This document shows positions 49,255-60,000 of a stretch of 60,000 nucleotides of DNA, piece after piece. The stretch covers positions 1,800,001 to 1,860,000 of the forward strand of contig CM052817.1 of the NCBI GenBank assembly GCA_028534125.1, given 5' to 3'. This DNA is from Lama glama. Taxonomy: Eukaryota. The translations under genes and the position numbers were made by a program. Position 1 is the stretch's first letter, and each line of letters opens with the position of its first letter. The notes beneath the pieces are model-generated. The model saw only the letters and a list, made by a program, of their open reading frames with translations. It was not told the DNA's origin and made no database searches.

Positions 49255-51528
49255 GTGATTATTTCAGAAGTCAGTCTTAGTGCCTCTTACTGCTCTTTCC
49301 CTGCCTCTGTAGCGCACTTGGCTCTGCCTGTCCCTTCTCTCAGCAGAGTGACTGTGTGTGTGGACGTTGCTGGAATCTGATAACTAGGCCTGAATAGTTC
49401 TGTCGGGTGGCTTTTAAATTCCTTGTGTATCAGAATTGCTTTGTCATAAATTTCTAATGCTTTGGGTCGGGGTCAGCCGACTTTACGCTGCGCCTGTAGC
49501 CGTGGGCCTCACTGCCTCGTGGGGTGAGGCGGCCGCAGGCAGACTGGGCCGCGGGGCAGCTCTTGCCCAGTCCAGCCTTGTTCACAGAAGCGGGCGGCCG
49601 CGGTCAGCCAGCTCCTCCTGCTTCAGGGACTGGGTTATGTTTTATAAAGGTAACTAGTATTAGTCAGAAATAGCATTTGGTTAATTATTTGGTTAATTTG
49701 GGCCTGGTTTTCATTTTCCAGCCATATTTAGCTTTGTACAGATCTAAGGTTTCTGATAAAATTGATGTATTTTTATTGCATCAGAGTGTTTCTGGTGTAA
49801 TCTGATCGTTTTGGCGTATGTTACCACTTGACAGCCCAGTTACTTTCTCCAGTCTGGACTTCCATAGGAAAGAACTGTTGTTTCCTATTTTGAAATCCTA
49901 GGGGACCAGTCGTCCTCTCTTTTTTTGAGGTGTAATCGCAATCGCATAGCACACACTGCTCTTTCTTTGTCGTGAGTTGACTGGGAGCTTGGTGCCCAGG
50001 GTCACCTGTGGTGTTGAGTGGGGGTCTCAGCAGGGACCCTGTTCTGGCCTGGGCTGAATTAAGTAATCGTTTCCTAGAAGAGCTTAGAATGAATAATATG
50101 TGAGCTGTCACAGCGTGGGATAGTAAGTTGGAAAGTTGGGTGAGAACACCGAGATGCTTAGAAAGCCACCAGGCTCCTGGGAAAAGCTAGTCTTTCCGTT
50201 CTGGGACTAGGAGAGACTTTCGGGCCTGGGGCCAGATTCGCTGGTGCTTGCCTTGTGTGTTTCTTGGTCACTCTTTCCAATAATGGTAAAAAGGTGCCTG
50301 ATGCATGGGTTGAGATTCTTTGTTTTCTTGGGGCTGGGACGTGGAGTTTGTGCTCAGTCTCTCTTTTTCTGGCGTTTTATTGCTGCTGTTCTCGTGTCAA
50401 GCTGTGTTTTTCAAACTTTGTTGTTGTAGTGCCGAATTCTTTTTTTAAGGGAAATCTGCAGTGCGCAAGAGCATACGTAAGCAGAATACTAGCTGTCGTT
50501 GGATGTGGGGTCAGGCAAGGGTGGGGATGTGGCCCGGAGCCCCCTCTGGTGGCAGCCTGACGCTTGCCCGCTCGTGGGCAGAGCTCCGGGGAGCCGGTGT
50601 GCAGACTGCTGTTCCGGAGCCGAGCCTGCTTCCGTTAGCGCCGAACTCACAGGCTTCTTGGGTAAATCGCTGTCCTGCAGTGAGTGTCCCTGTTACTTGG
50701 TGGCCGAGCTGCTGTGTTGCTTTCGTTTGGGCTCTGAGTTCCCTTTGCCTCGTACCGGAGGGGCCGCTTCAAGGGCACATCAGCCTCGGCTTGCGGAGGG
50801 ACCGCATCTCTGCCCTGTTCTCCGAAGGGCAGTGAGACAGAAATCGGAAGTTCCAGTAATCGTTCTGATGGTGTTACTTAGTGGCATTCGTGTGTGATGT
50901 AACCATGGTTTAAGAGTCCAGTTAAATTGTGCTGAGACTTGTGCTTTCTTTTTTCTTATTAACATAATCGGAAATCACGAACTGTAAAATGCGCTTCTAG
51001 AACTTCGCAAAAGATACAGTATTCCATCCTCCCAGACCATGCAGTGCTTGAGTTCTGAGTGTCAGCCATAGAAATCTAGCAAATTAAAAGGTAATGAAGT
51101 AAAAGTGACCTTTAGCTGTAAAAGTTTTGTATGCAAGTTCTCCCGTGGCGTCGGACACACGACACGAATATCCCAAGGGCTGGCAGAACCCGTTCTAGTC
51201 CTTCCTTACTCGTTTCTTAGAGTAAGTAGCAACATAAATTATTTGACGCTAACAGTAGCCTGTCAGTGGGTATTCGTTAATTATTGAAATACTTCGAGAA
51301 TCATTGCTTTTAGTTTTTTTCACATGGGCTTATTGATCTATATACAGCATCTGCATCTTTTGTGCTTAGCTCTCCAGACGTATACAAGTGCTTACATATA
51401 AGGACAAAGTGCATGAATGCATGAATTAAATAGACTTAAGATTTTTCTCCTAGAATGTGCATTCATTTAATTTTCAAAGTTCTCCCTTTTCACGAGCTTA
51501 AAAGGACTCTCGCCCCCACGTTTCCCAG

Positions 51529-51609
51529 GGAAGGTGCTCTTTGGAGAAGCAGCGGCCCTGGAAGACGACTCTGAGTCTCGGTCGGATGGCAGCAGCCCTG
51601 CCTTCACAG
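51529..51609 (+). CDS. HTT: HTT exon 11
   Basis: ttcccag|GGAAGGTG; KVLFGEAAALEDDSESRSDGSSPAFT; |gtagtc; 81 nt. Confidence 0.95.
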
Positions 51610-52877
51610 GTAGTCCTCGCGGGTCCTCGCGGTGCCCCCTCCTCCCTCTGCTGGCTCCACCTCTCCTACCCCTGCCGCAGCAGCGGCTCGTGCTCCTAGG
51701 GGGCAGCAAGGAAGCCAGCCTGCCCCAAATGGCGGATAATTCCAGCATTTTTTGTAGTGTTGGCTCTGAAATGTGTGTGTTTTCTTGCGTCAAATACTTG
51801 CTGTTTTCCTTGATTTAGGCTGCTGTAAAATTGGGTTTCTACTCCCATGTGTTAGTCTTTTTGCAAAGAGGATGGTGTGTCATGAATTGCATGGGTTGTG
51901 AGGGGGAAAGCAGGATTGAAAATTGAGGCTAATTTAACTTGAAAGAAATCTACATTTGTTAACAGACAGCTATTTAATTAGACTCTCTTCATCTCTTAAA
52001 AGAAGAGTATGGACTGAGATACTAACAGTTGGATTTAGGGGTGGTTTGGATTGTAACCCTGGCCAAAAGAATGTCTTTAGATAACTGAAAATGAGGCTTA
52101 AATATTTGGGAAGGGAAATCTGAATAAATTCCAGTGGTGATTACTTATTTATTGATTTATTCTAAAGAACAGAAGTTGGTTTTTTGAATTACAAAAATAA
52201 AGTCAGAACAATCCCAGCCGTGCACGTTGCCAGGTGTGGGTGCACACTAGCTCGCTGCGCCCGGCCTTCAGGGCGACACTGCCCATGGCTTGGTGGGAGC
52301 ATTTCTGTAGTGGTTTTTGTGTAGCGGTGGTGTTTTTTAAATGGGAATTTGAAAACTAACCTAGGAAATTGTGAAACTGGATGCTACAGGAGAGTAGGTC
52401 TGGCCTGGAGGTCTTGAATAGAGGCTGGGGAGGAGGGCCCGCCTCAGAGAGCACCCTTCGCTTAGAGCTCTGGGCACTTTGTGACCGCCCAGCCTGGTGC
52501 CCCTGACCAGGCTGCCCGGGAGTCGCCCAGGTCTGCATGCTCCCCCAGGCTCCGGCCAGAGCAGTTGTTATGAGCTTGAAGTGGTCAGGTTGCCAGGCAG
52601 ACTTTAATTTCGCGCTGAAACACCACTTCAGAATGTTCATAAGCGTTTAAAGACTGCCTGCTTGCTGTCTGTATTGCCACACGAAGCAGTAGTGCAGTAA
52701 TAGGTACGTAAGTAGCACGGTGAGATGTGTGAAGGGTACACTGTTGCTTGTATCTCAGGATTTTTTTGCAGTTAAAACATTTGTTAACAGTGAATTTTGG
52801 GGTATTTTGCAAACACTTGATTCCCTCCTGAAAGCTCTTCTTGACCCTTTGAAGAATGAGTATTTCTGTGTCTTCAG

Positions 52878-53239
52878 CCTCAGTCAAGGATGAGCTCAGC
52901 GGAGAGCTGGCTGCCTCTTCTGGGGTTTCCACTCCCGGCTCGGCCGGCTCGGCCGCCGACCCCGGGGGCCACGACATCATCACTGAGCAGCCCCGCTCAC
53001 AGCACACCCTGCAGCCGGACTCAACGGACCTGACGGGCTGCGACCTGGCGAGCACTGCCACCGACGGCGATGAGGAGGATATCTTGAGCCGCAGCTCCAG
53101 CCAGATGAGCGCCGTTCCATCCGACCCTGCCATGGACCAGAACGACGGGACCCAGGCCTCCTCACCTGTCAGTGACAGCTCCCAGACCACCACCGAAGGG
53201 CCCGACTCCGCCGTGACCCCTTCAGACAGCTCTGAGATT
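52878..53239 (+). CDS. HTT: HTT exon 12
   Basis: tcttcag|[29 protein letters not shown]...TPSDSSEI; |gtgagt; 362 nt. Confidence 0.96.
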
Positions 53240-55824
53240 GTGAGTGGGCGGAGTGACCTGAGAAGGGTCTGGGCACCTGGGCCTCCCGTTTACTCACTGC
53301 GTCCATCTGACCCCCTGTAACAGTGCAGAGGCCACTGGGGCAGATCAGCCGTGGATCGTTTGACTCTGTCTGAGACCCTTGCCAAAGGAAACAGTGTCAT
53401 TTGTGTTGAATGTGGAGCTCAGAAATTAGATTGGTCGATGATATGAACTCTCCTAAAATTGAGTGCATTTAAAATTTTTTAATACCTTATTGGGCACAGG
53501 TTAAATCATTATTTTGAAAATCCTTAAGGAGCCTATTACTAACAGATCTGTGGTCTTCATGCAGTGTGATTGATAATGTTAATGCTGTGCATTATTTTTA
53601 CAGTCTCTGACTTCTCAAAAACTTTTAAAACGTATCCCATTTTATAGGGCGTGGAGTTATCTCTGAGTTAGTAGAAAAGAAACACCTCAAGCGCGATCTA
53701 ATCACAAAGTTTGGCACAGGTGCAGACTGGTGTTACCGCCCGATTTTCTTTATAAACCGTTTGTGCTGCTAATTGTCTTGCTGTTATCGAGTATATTTTA
53801 TTAAGAATACGGTTTTGTTCTTGTGTTTCTTTTACTTGACTGAACACAGAAACACTGAGTTAAAATGACAGGGTGAAGCCCCTGCACGTCCCTCTGGCAG
53901 TTGTCTGGTTGTCGTGTGGGCGTGGCTTCCAGCGGCTGCGTGGATTTCCACTTGCTTGGTTGGAGAAGTGGGCTCAGAGTTAGGGTTTAACTAGAAGACG
54001 TGGAGGAGGGCAGGACAGGTGACTGGAATGGTGGGACGTGATTTGAAGCAGCGAGGGTGAACTTGCAGACCAGGAACAGGGGAGGAGAAGGCGGGGCACG
54101 CGGGCTCAGCGGAGTGTTGGGCAGTGTGTCGGGTGTGCGGAAGGAGTCTCTGCTGTTTGTTCATCGCACCAGCCTCCATCTTGCCTTTGAACACTAGGTG
54201 TTTTCTGGGCAAGTTTGTCAGAATTAGGCCTGAATGACCATCGGGAGCTGGAAAGGCGTCCCACCCGGGGGAGCTGCGGCAGGTGTTCCCGGCGAGGCAG
54301 TGCCGGGAGGGAGGCCCGCACCAGCCTCCCTGGCCCGTGGGGAGCTGAACATCTTCCCTTGATATTTCTCACGTTGGTGTAGTTCTTTCTAGATTGGGAG
54401 GTGTTTCCATGCCTTTTATTTAATCTTTAATTTTTGCTGAATAAACGTCCTGAGCACCTGTTCTGTTCCAGGGATTGCTCTACAGGCGGGGGTGAATGGC
54501 GGGCACCGTGCGTAAAACTGCTCGCACGAAGCGGGCGCTGTAGGGTAGGCACCGTCAGGCCCGCCAGGCTCTGTCTGGTAGGGCCAGTTGGTGGAGGTCT
54601 TTGGCTTTGTGAGCTGGGCAGCCTGTGTTGCACCCTCATCTCTGCTATCGTGGTGCAGAATCATTAGAGACTGTGTAAGTAAGCGAGTAAGAAACTTTAT
54701 GCACGAACACTGGTGGCGAGCCAGGTTGGCCCGTAGCCGCCGTGTGCCTGCCTCTGCTCTGGAGTGTGCGCGTGGCGGGCAGGTCGTAAGCCGGTGATCA
54801 GTCAGCAGGTAGGTGAGCGCTCGGCCAGGCGCCAGGTGAGGGGGCGGGTTCCTCACAAGGCAGCTTGGTGTGCTGGTTCGAGACCTGACTCGGCGCCCCA
54901 CGGTGACTGTCCCGCTCTGCCCGTCACCCTGTGTCGCCCAGAGCAGCCGTGCCCCTTCTTGCCTGGTCTTGTCCACGCCTGGAGGCGGTGCAGTGCCCAT
55001 GCTGCGAGCCTCAGGAGGATGAGGGAGGCGGCGCCCAGGGAGTGCTTCGGGGCCCGCCTGGGCTGTCGTGTGCGTTCAGGGAACGTGGTTGTTTACTGTG
55101 GTGGGACGTCTCATTTTACCCTGGGTGGCTTGTTTGTTTGTTTTTTTATTTCGGAAACGAATCTGGAGGGTGGAGAGTGGAGGAAATTATTTCTTGGTTG
55201 CTTTTGACCACGTAGTTCAATTAAAAAAAAAGTTAAATGGAAGGATTTGGAATGATTTTTTTTTAATGATATAAAATTTATTTCGTTAGTAATTTACTAG
55301 CATGTTGAGAGTCCATCACCCAGTTTTTCAGGTCAGTTACATGGGATTTCAAGCGGATGTGAAAAATTCTACTTTATGAAATCATAACCCAAGTATATGG
55401 CTAAATAAATGAAATATTATGCCCAAAACTTAGTTGATTCAGTCCTAGGAGTTGGTAGATAACCTACAACATTGTTAGGCTTTTGTCTAAAAGGTTCTTC
55501 CTCATTTTTGACTTACTTTGAACACGAAGACATTTGTTTGGATTTTTTTCTTTTTTTAAGAGAGAAATGTCCAGATTGAAATTTCTTTGGAAGTTTGATG
55601 TTGTAAAAGCATTTCATGATATGAGGGAGTGGCAGCGTGCGATCAGTGAGCTCCTCACAGCTTGTGTGCGGGCACCTGTGTGCACTGGAGGAGGTGACCT
55701 TGTGCTAGCACGTAGGATGTGGTCTGTGTCACTTGTGGGCTTCTGCCGTTCCCTTTGCACGCCGGAGGGCTCGCCCCGTGGTGCTGAGACTCCAGTGCTC
55801 TCACAGCCCCTCCCAACCGTTTAG

Positions 55825-55948
55825 GTGTTAGATGGTGCCGACGGCCAGTGTGTGGGGATACAGGCGGGGCAGTCGCAGGACCAGGACGAGGACGAGGACA
55901 TGGCAGGTGCCCTTCCTGATGAGGACTCTTCCAGGAGCTCTTCTGCTG
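55825..55948 (+). CDS. HTT: HTT exon 13
   Basis: gtttag|GTGTTAGAT; VLDGADGQCVGIQAGQSQDQDEDEDMAGALPDEDSSRSSSA; |gtaagt; 124 nt. Completes the IVLD caspase-6 motif across the exon 12/13 junction. Confidence 0.94.
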
Positions 55949-56175
55949 GTAAGTTGACTTCGGGCGATGTCTACAGAGTGGCCTTGTTTTCAGCCCAAGA
56001 AGTCTTTTGATATTTTTGTTTCCTGGGTTGCAAATAGCAGTGAGGCAGGTAATTGAGGAGTGATCATCCTTTTTCTTGATCTGAACCCTGTACTTTCATG
56101 CTGACTTTGTGTAAATAAGTGTATTTGTGCTTTAATTGGAAACCTGTCACTTGACTTGACTTTGCGTTTGTGAAG

Positions 56176-56279
56176 CCCTGCGTCCAGCGCGTCTACTGAG
56201 AAGCCCGGGCCACAGCAGGCAGCCCTCCGACAGCAGCATAGATAAGGTCGCCTCGAGGGACGGAGATCAAGAAAGCAAG
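56176..56279 (+). CDS. HTT: HTT exon 14
   Basis: tttgtgaag|CCCTG; LRPARLLRSPGHSRQPSDSSIDKVASRDGDQESK; |gtgaga; 104 nt. Phases fit exons 13 and 15. Confidence 0.9.
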
Positions 56280-56609
56280 GTGAGAGCGAGGCCTGGGAGT
56301 GCTCCGCACGCGAGCTCCGGGAGCGTCGGCAGTCACCCCGGCCTGTCTGCCTGCTGTGCTCTTAGCTGCCCCGTCCCTGGGCTTCTGCTTTTCTGTTTCC
56401 CCTTTAAATATTGCCCTCTTCCCAGGCCTGCCTTTTCTGCCTCCCAAGTAGGACCCACGTCCTTGAGGATTGCTGAGTTCTGCTTCCCTGGGAGTCCTGC
56501 CTGGAAAAATCTGTCCCCACTGAAGGCCACCTCCCCCGATTCCTCTGACCATTCGCTTGATGGCTGTGCATGGCCTTGCAGCATTTCTTGTTTCTATTCC
56601 ATTGAATTG

Positions 56610-57585
56610 ATTGATTTGTTTATTGTGGTGAAATACACATAACATGAAATTTACCATCACAGCCATTTCTGAGTGCACAGTTCAGTGGCATTAGGGGCAT
56701 TCACACTGCTGTGCAGCTGTCACCACCAGCTGTGCACAGAGCTTTTTCATCTTCCCAGACTGAAACTCTGACCTGATTAAACACTTGACTCCCCATTCGT
56801 CCCTCCCTGACCCCTGACCACCCCCACTCTACTTTCTGTCTCTGTGGATTGGACTCCTCTGGGCCCCTCGTATCAGTGGAATCAGTGGGCAGGATTTGTC
56901 CTTTTGTGTCGGGCTTACTTCGCTCGGCGTAATGTTCTCAAGGTTCAGCCATGTTTAGAAGGGAAGGAAACTCTGACACCTGCTAAACATGGCTGAACCT
57001 TGAGAACATTACTTCGCTCGGCGTAATGTTCTCAAGGTTCAGCCATGTTTAGCAGGTGTCAGAGTTTCCTTCCCTTCTAAGACTGGAAAATATTTCTTTA
57101 TACGTGTTCACCGCACTTCGATTTTCTGTTCGTTCATTGATGGACACTTGTGTTACTCCCGCCTTTTGGCTGTTGTGAGTGGTGTTGCTATCAGTGGGTG
57201 TACGGATATCTCATCACGACCCTGATTTCAACTCTTGTGGGTACGTAGCGGAGGTGGAGTTGCTAGATCATATGGCAACTCTATTTTTAATTTTTCGAGG
57301 AGCCACCATACTGTTTCCACAGCAGCCGTACCGTTTCACCTTCCCCCATCACAGTGCACCAGGACTCCGTTTTCTCCCCATCTTCTCCAACACTTACTAT
57401 TTTCTGGGGTTTTTTTTAGAGTAGCCGTCCTGCTGGGTGTGTGGTTTTGACTTGAATTTCTAAATGATTAGTGATATTAAGCATCTTTTCTTGTGTTTTT
57501 TGGCCATTTATGTCTTCTTTGGAGAAACGTCTGTTCAAGCCCTCTGCGCATTTGTAATCAGGCTGTTTGGGGTTTTTGTTCTTAC
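56610..57585 (-). mobile_element. L1MA/MB-like 3' end in intron 14
   Basis: ttgtggtgaaatacacataacatgaaatttaccatc...cttcccagactgaaactct...tgctagatcatatgg. Confidence 0.85.
56955..57080. repeat. Perfect 58-bp inverted repeat with 10-nt spacer
   Basis: 56955-57012 is the exact reverse complement of 57023-57080. There is also a 44-bp direct repeat at 56915-56958/57009-57052. Confidence 0.97.
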
Positions 57586-58060
57586 TGAGTTGTCTATTGA
57601 ACTGCTTTTAAAATGTCTCTGTATTGCTTACCTTTTTCCGTGTAAGTGTCCTGTCTTCCCAGTTAATTTTAAATTCCTTGGGGGTGAGAAATAGTGTTTG
57701 GTCCTTCGTCCCACCCTCGGCGTCCCGCCACGGATGCTCGGTCATTATCGCAGCCCAGGCAGCTCCTGCCGGGTGCCCTCGCGCCAGGCCCCCGCCCTCT
57801 CAGCTCCGGGCTTTGCCCAGGGTCTTTCCTGATGCCGAGTCTCAGCTGTGCTCCTGTCCGGTGCTCCCTCTCTAACCACTGAGCTCATCCGTACACAGCC
57901 CACATGACCCGTCCAGTTCTGCCCGCCGCGCCTGTGAGGGCGGGCGTGCGTGGGCCAAGTGGGCGTCCCTCCCGCGCGCCCGGCGTGGCTGCTGCTCCGG
58001 AGCTGTCTGCTGGGCGGACTGGCGAGCACGTGTATTGGTTCTTTGGTGTTTCTGTTCCAG

Positions 58061-58172
58061 CCGTGCCGCATCAGAGGGGACATAGGCCAGTCCACTGATG
58101 ACGAGTCTGCTCCTCTTGTCCACTGTGTCCGCCTTTTATCTGCTTCGTTTTTGCTAACAGGGGAAAAAAATG
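58061..58172 (+). CDS. HTT: HTT exon 15
   Basis: gttccag|[43 protein letters not shown]; |gtaagt; 112 nt. Confidence 0.97.
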
Positions 58173-58349
58173 GTAAGTATAGAAGGGCAGGTGCAGAGCT
58201 GAAGGAAATTCCTTCAGGTGTCAGAGGTCAGCTTGGTCACCAGCTCTGTGCCTCGTGTTTGCAGCAGATGCGGTAGAATCTGGGGCCGAGCTTTGGTTTC
58301 CACTGACTGACGGGAGGGGAGAGGAGGGGATGAGGGGCAGCTGGTTTAG

Positions 58350-58580
<231 letters not shown>

Positions 58581-59351
58581 TAACCGTTGCTGTGAAAATG
58601 ATTTCAAACCATCTTGGCTGTTTTAGGTTTAGAGCAGTACGTTTTCTGAGTTGATTGTGGCATTTGTACTGTTACAGCTCTCCAGGAAACACATAAACAG
58701 TGTTGTTTTCAGCTTCTTGGACTCCCTATAGATGTGATGTTTAGTTGAAACACACAACAAATCTATAGAAATCTGGGAACATAAGAGCTAGTATTAGATT
58801 TATACCAGAAGCACAAATTGTATACAATCAGAATGCTTTGGGTCATGCCAGCCACGCCAGGTGTTCGCACTCAGAGGCAGTGGGAAGTGGGAACTGGGCC
58901 CAGCGGGAGCGGGAGCAGCCCAGCGTCCCACAGCGCACGTGTTGGGCGGGGGGAGGCCGCACACTCCTCAGGTTAGCCTCCTGCCTGCTCTTTGTCTCTC
59001 TCTCTTTGGACAAGGGGACAAACCTGTGCTTTGAATTTTTATTAGGTTGAGTGTGGCCTAGTCTGAGTTTCTCGAATCATTTCTTTGAAATTAAATCTTG
59101 GAATTTTGATTATTGGCTGACAATCTGAAATTATGATCCAGATAATCTGTCAAATAATATGAGGAATGTGATGACTATAGAATCTTTAAACCCCAAAACA
59201 TTTTTTACCCCTGGTGGTTATTGTATTTAAGTCTTTTCTAGATGTGGATTGCACCCTTGCCCTTTTTCTTCCCTGGGAGTTAAGCCTTTCGTCTGAGTTG
59301 GGAAGTTGATGGTGGGGACTGGTTCAGTGCCTGGGCACTCTCTCCCCGCAG

Positions 59352-59510
59352 ACGAGCAGTACGTGTCAGACGTGTTGAACTACATCGACCACGGAGACCC
59401 ACAGGTCAGAGGAGCCACAGCCATTCTCTGTGGGACCCTCGTCTCCTCCATCCTCAGCAGGTCACGCTTCCATGCGGGAGACTGGATGGGCACCGTTCGG
59501 ACTCTGACGG
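59352..59510 (+). CDS. HTT: HTT exon 17
   Basis: ccccgcag|[57 protein letters not shown]; |gtaacg; 159 nt. Confidence 0.97.
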
Positions 59511-59601
59511 GTAACGGCCATTGCCCAGTGTTGTCTTTGCTAGATGTCATTCTCAAGTTCAGATTGACCTGAAGGCGCTTGTTGCTTGCTCTTCTGCTCA
59601 G

Positions 59602-59699
59602 GAAACACATTTTCTCTGGCGGACTGCATTCCTTTGCTGCAGAAAACTTTGAAGGATGAATCTTCTGTTACTTGCAAGTTGGCTTGCACAGCTGTAAGG
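59602..59699 (+). CDS. HTT: HTT exon 18
   Basis: ctgctcag|[37 protein letters not shown]; |gtgagc; 98 nt. The preceding intron is only 91 nt. Confidence 0.96.
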
Positions 59700-60000
59700 G
59701 TGAGCATGATCATTTGTGGAAATGATTTCTTTGATTAGTGGAAGTTTTACCAGCGTTACTATTAAAACTGGAGCTTAATATTAAATATTCCCAGACATTC
59801 TAAACAGTGATAAACATCTGTGTATCCACCACTCAGCCTTAGAAAGAAAACATTGCCAACAAAACAATTTAATAGACTTTAGTTTAAGTTATAATTCTCA
59901 AAATACTTGTATGAAATATACCTTTCCTAAAGGGTATATTTAGAAATGTATCTTGCTCACATTAAATGCAAAGTCGGATGAATTGAAAAACAACTCTTAG

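Overview
This is eukaryotic (mammalian) genomic DNA, not a prokaryotic locus. It holds the 5' part of the huntingtin gene (HTT) on the + strand: about 9 kb of repeat-rich upstream sequence, a CpG-island promoter with a 21-codon uORF, and coding exons 1-18 (9419-59699). All 17 complete introns are GT-AG. The spliced exons total 2493 nt = 831 codons in one frame, and the gene continues past the window. Short tRNA-derived SINEs resembling Vic-1 suggest a camelid (inference). Most other ORFs in the six-frame track are chance ORFs or decayed L1 pieces. I found no new multi-gene system. The most unusual structures are: (1) a micro-scale inverted triplication in intron 14 that makes a perfect 58-bp hairpin with 4-bp microhomology junctions; (2) a pure (CAG)19 tract ended by CTG rather than CAA; (3) a young-looking ERV1-type solo LTR with a higher-order 104-bp U3 repeat 4.3 kb upstream of the ATG; (4) candidate intron-1 poly(A) signals for an exon-1-only transcript. 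Comparisons with human and mouse HTT and repeat-family names are from recall and need alignment. Old-repeat boundaries are approximate.
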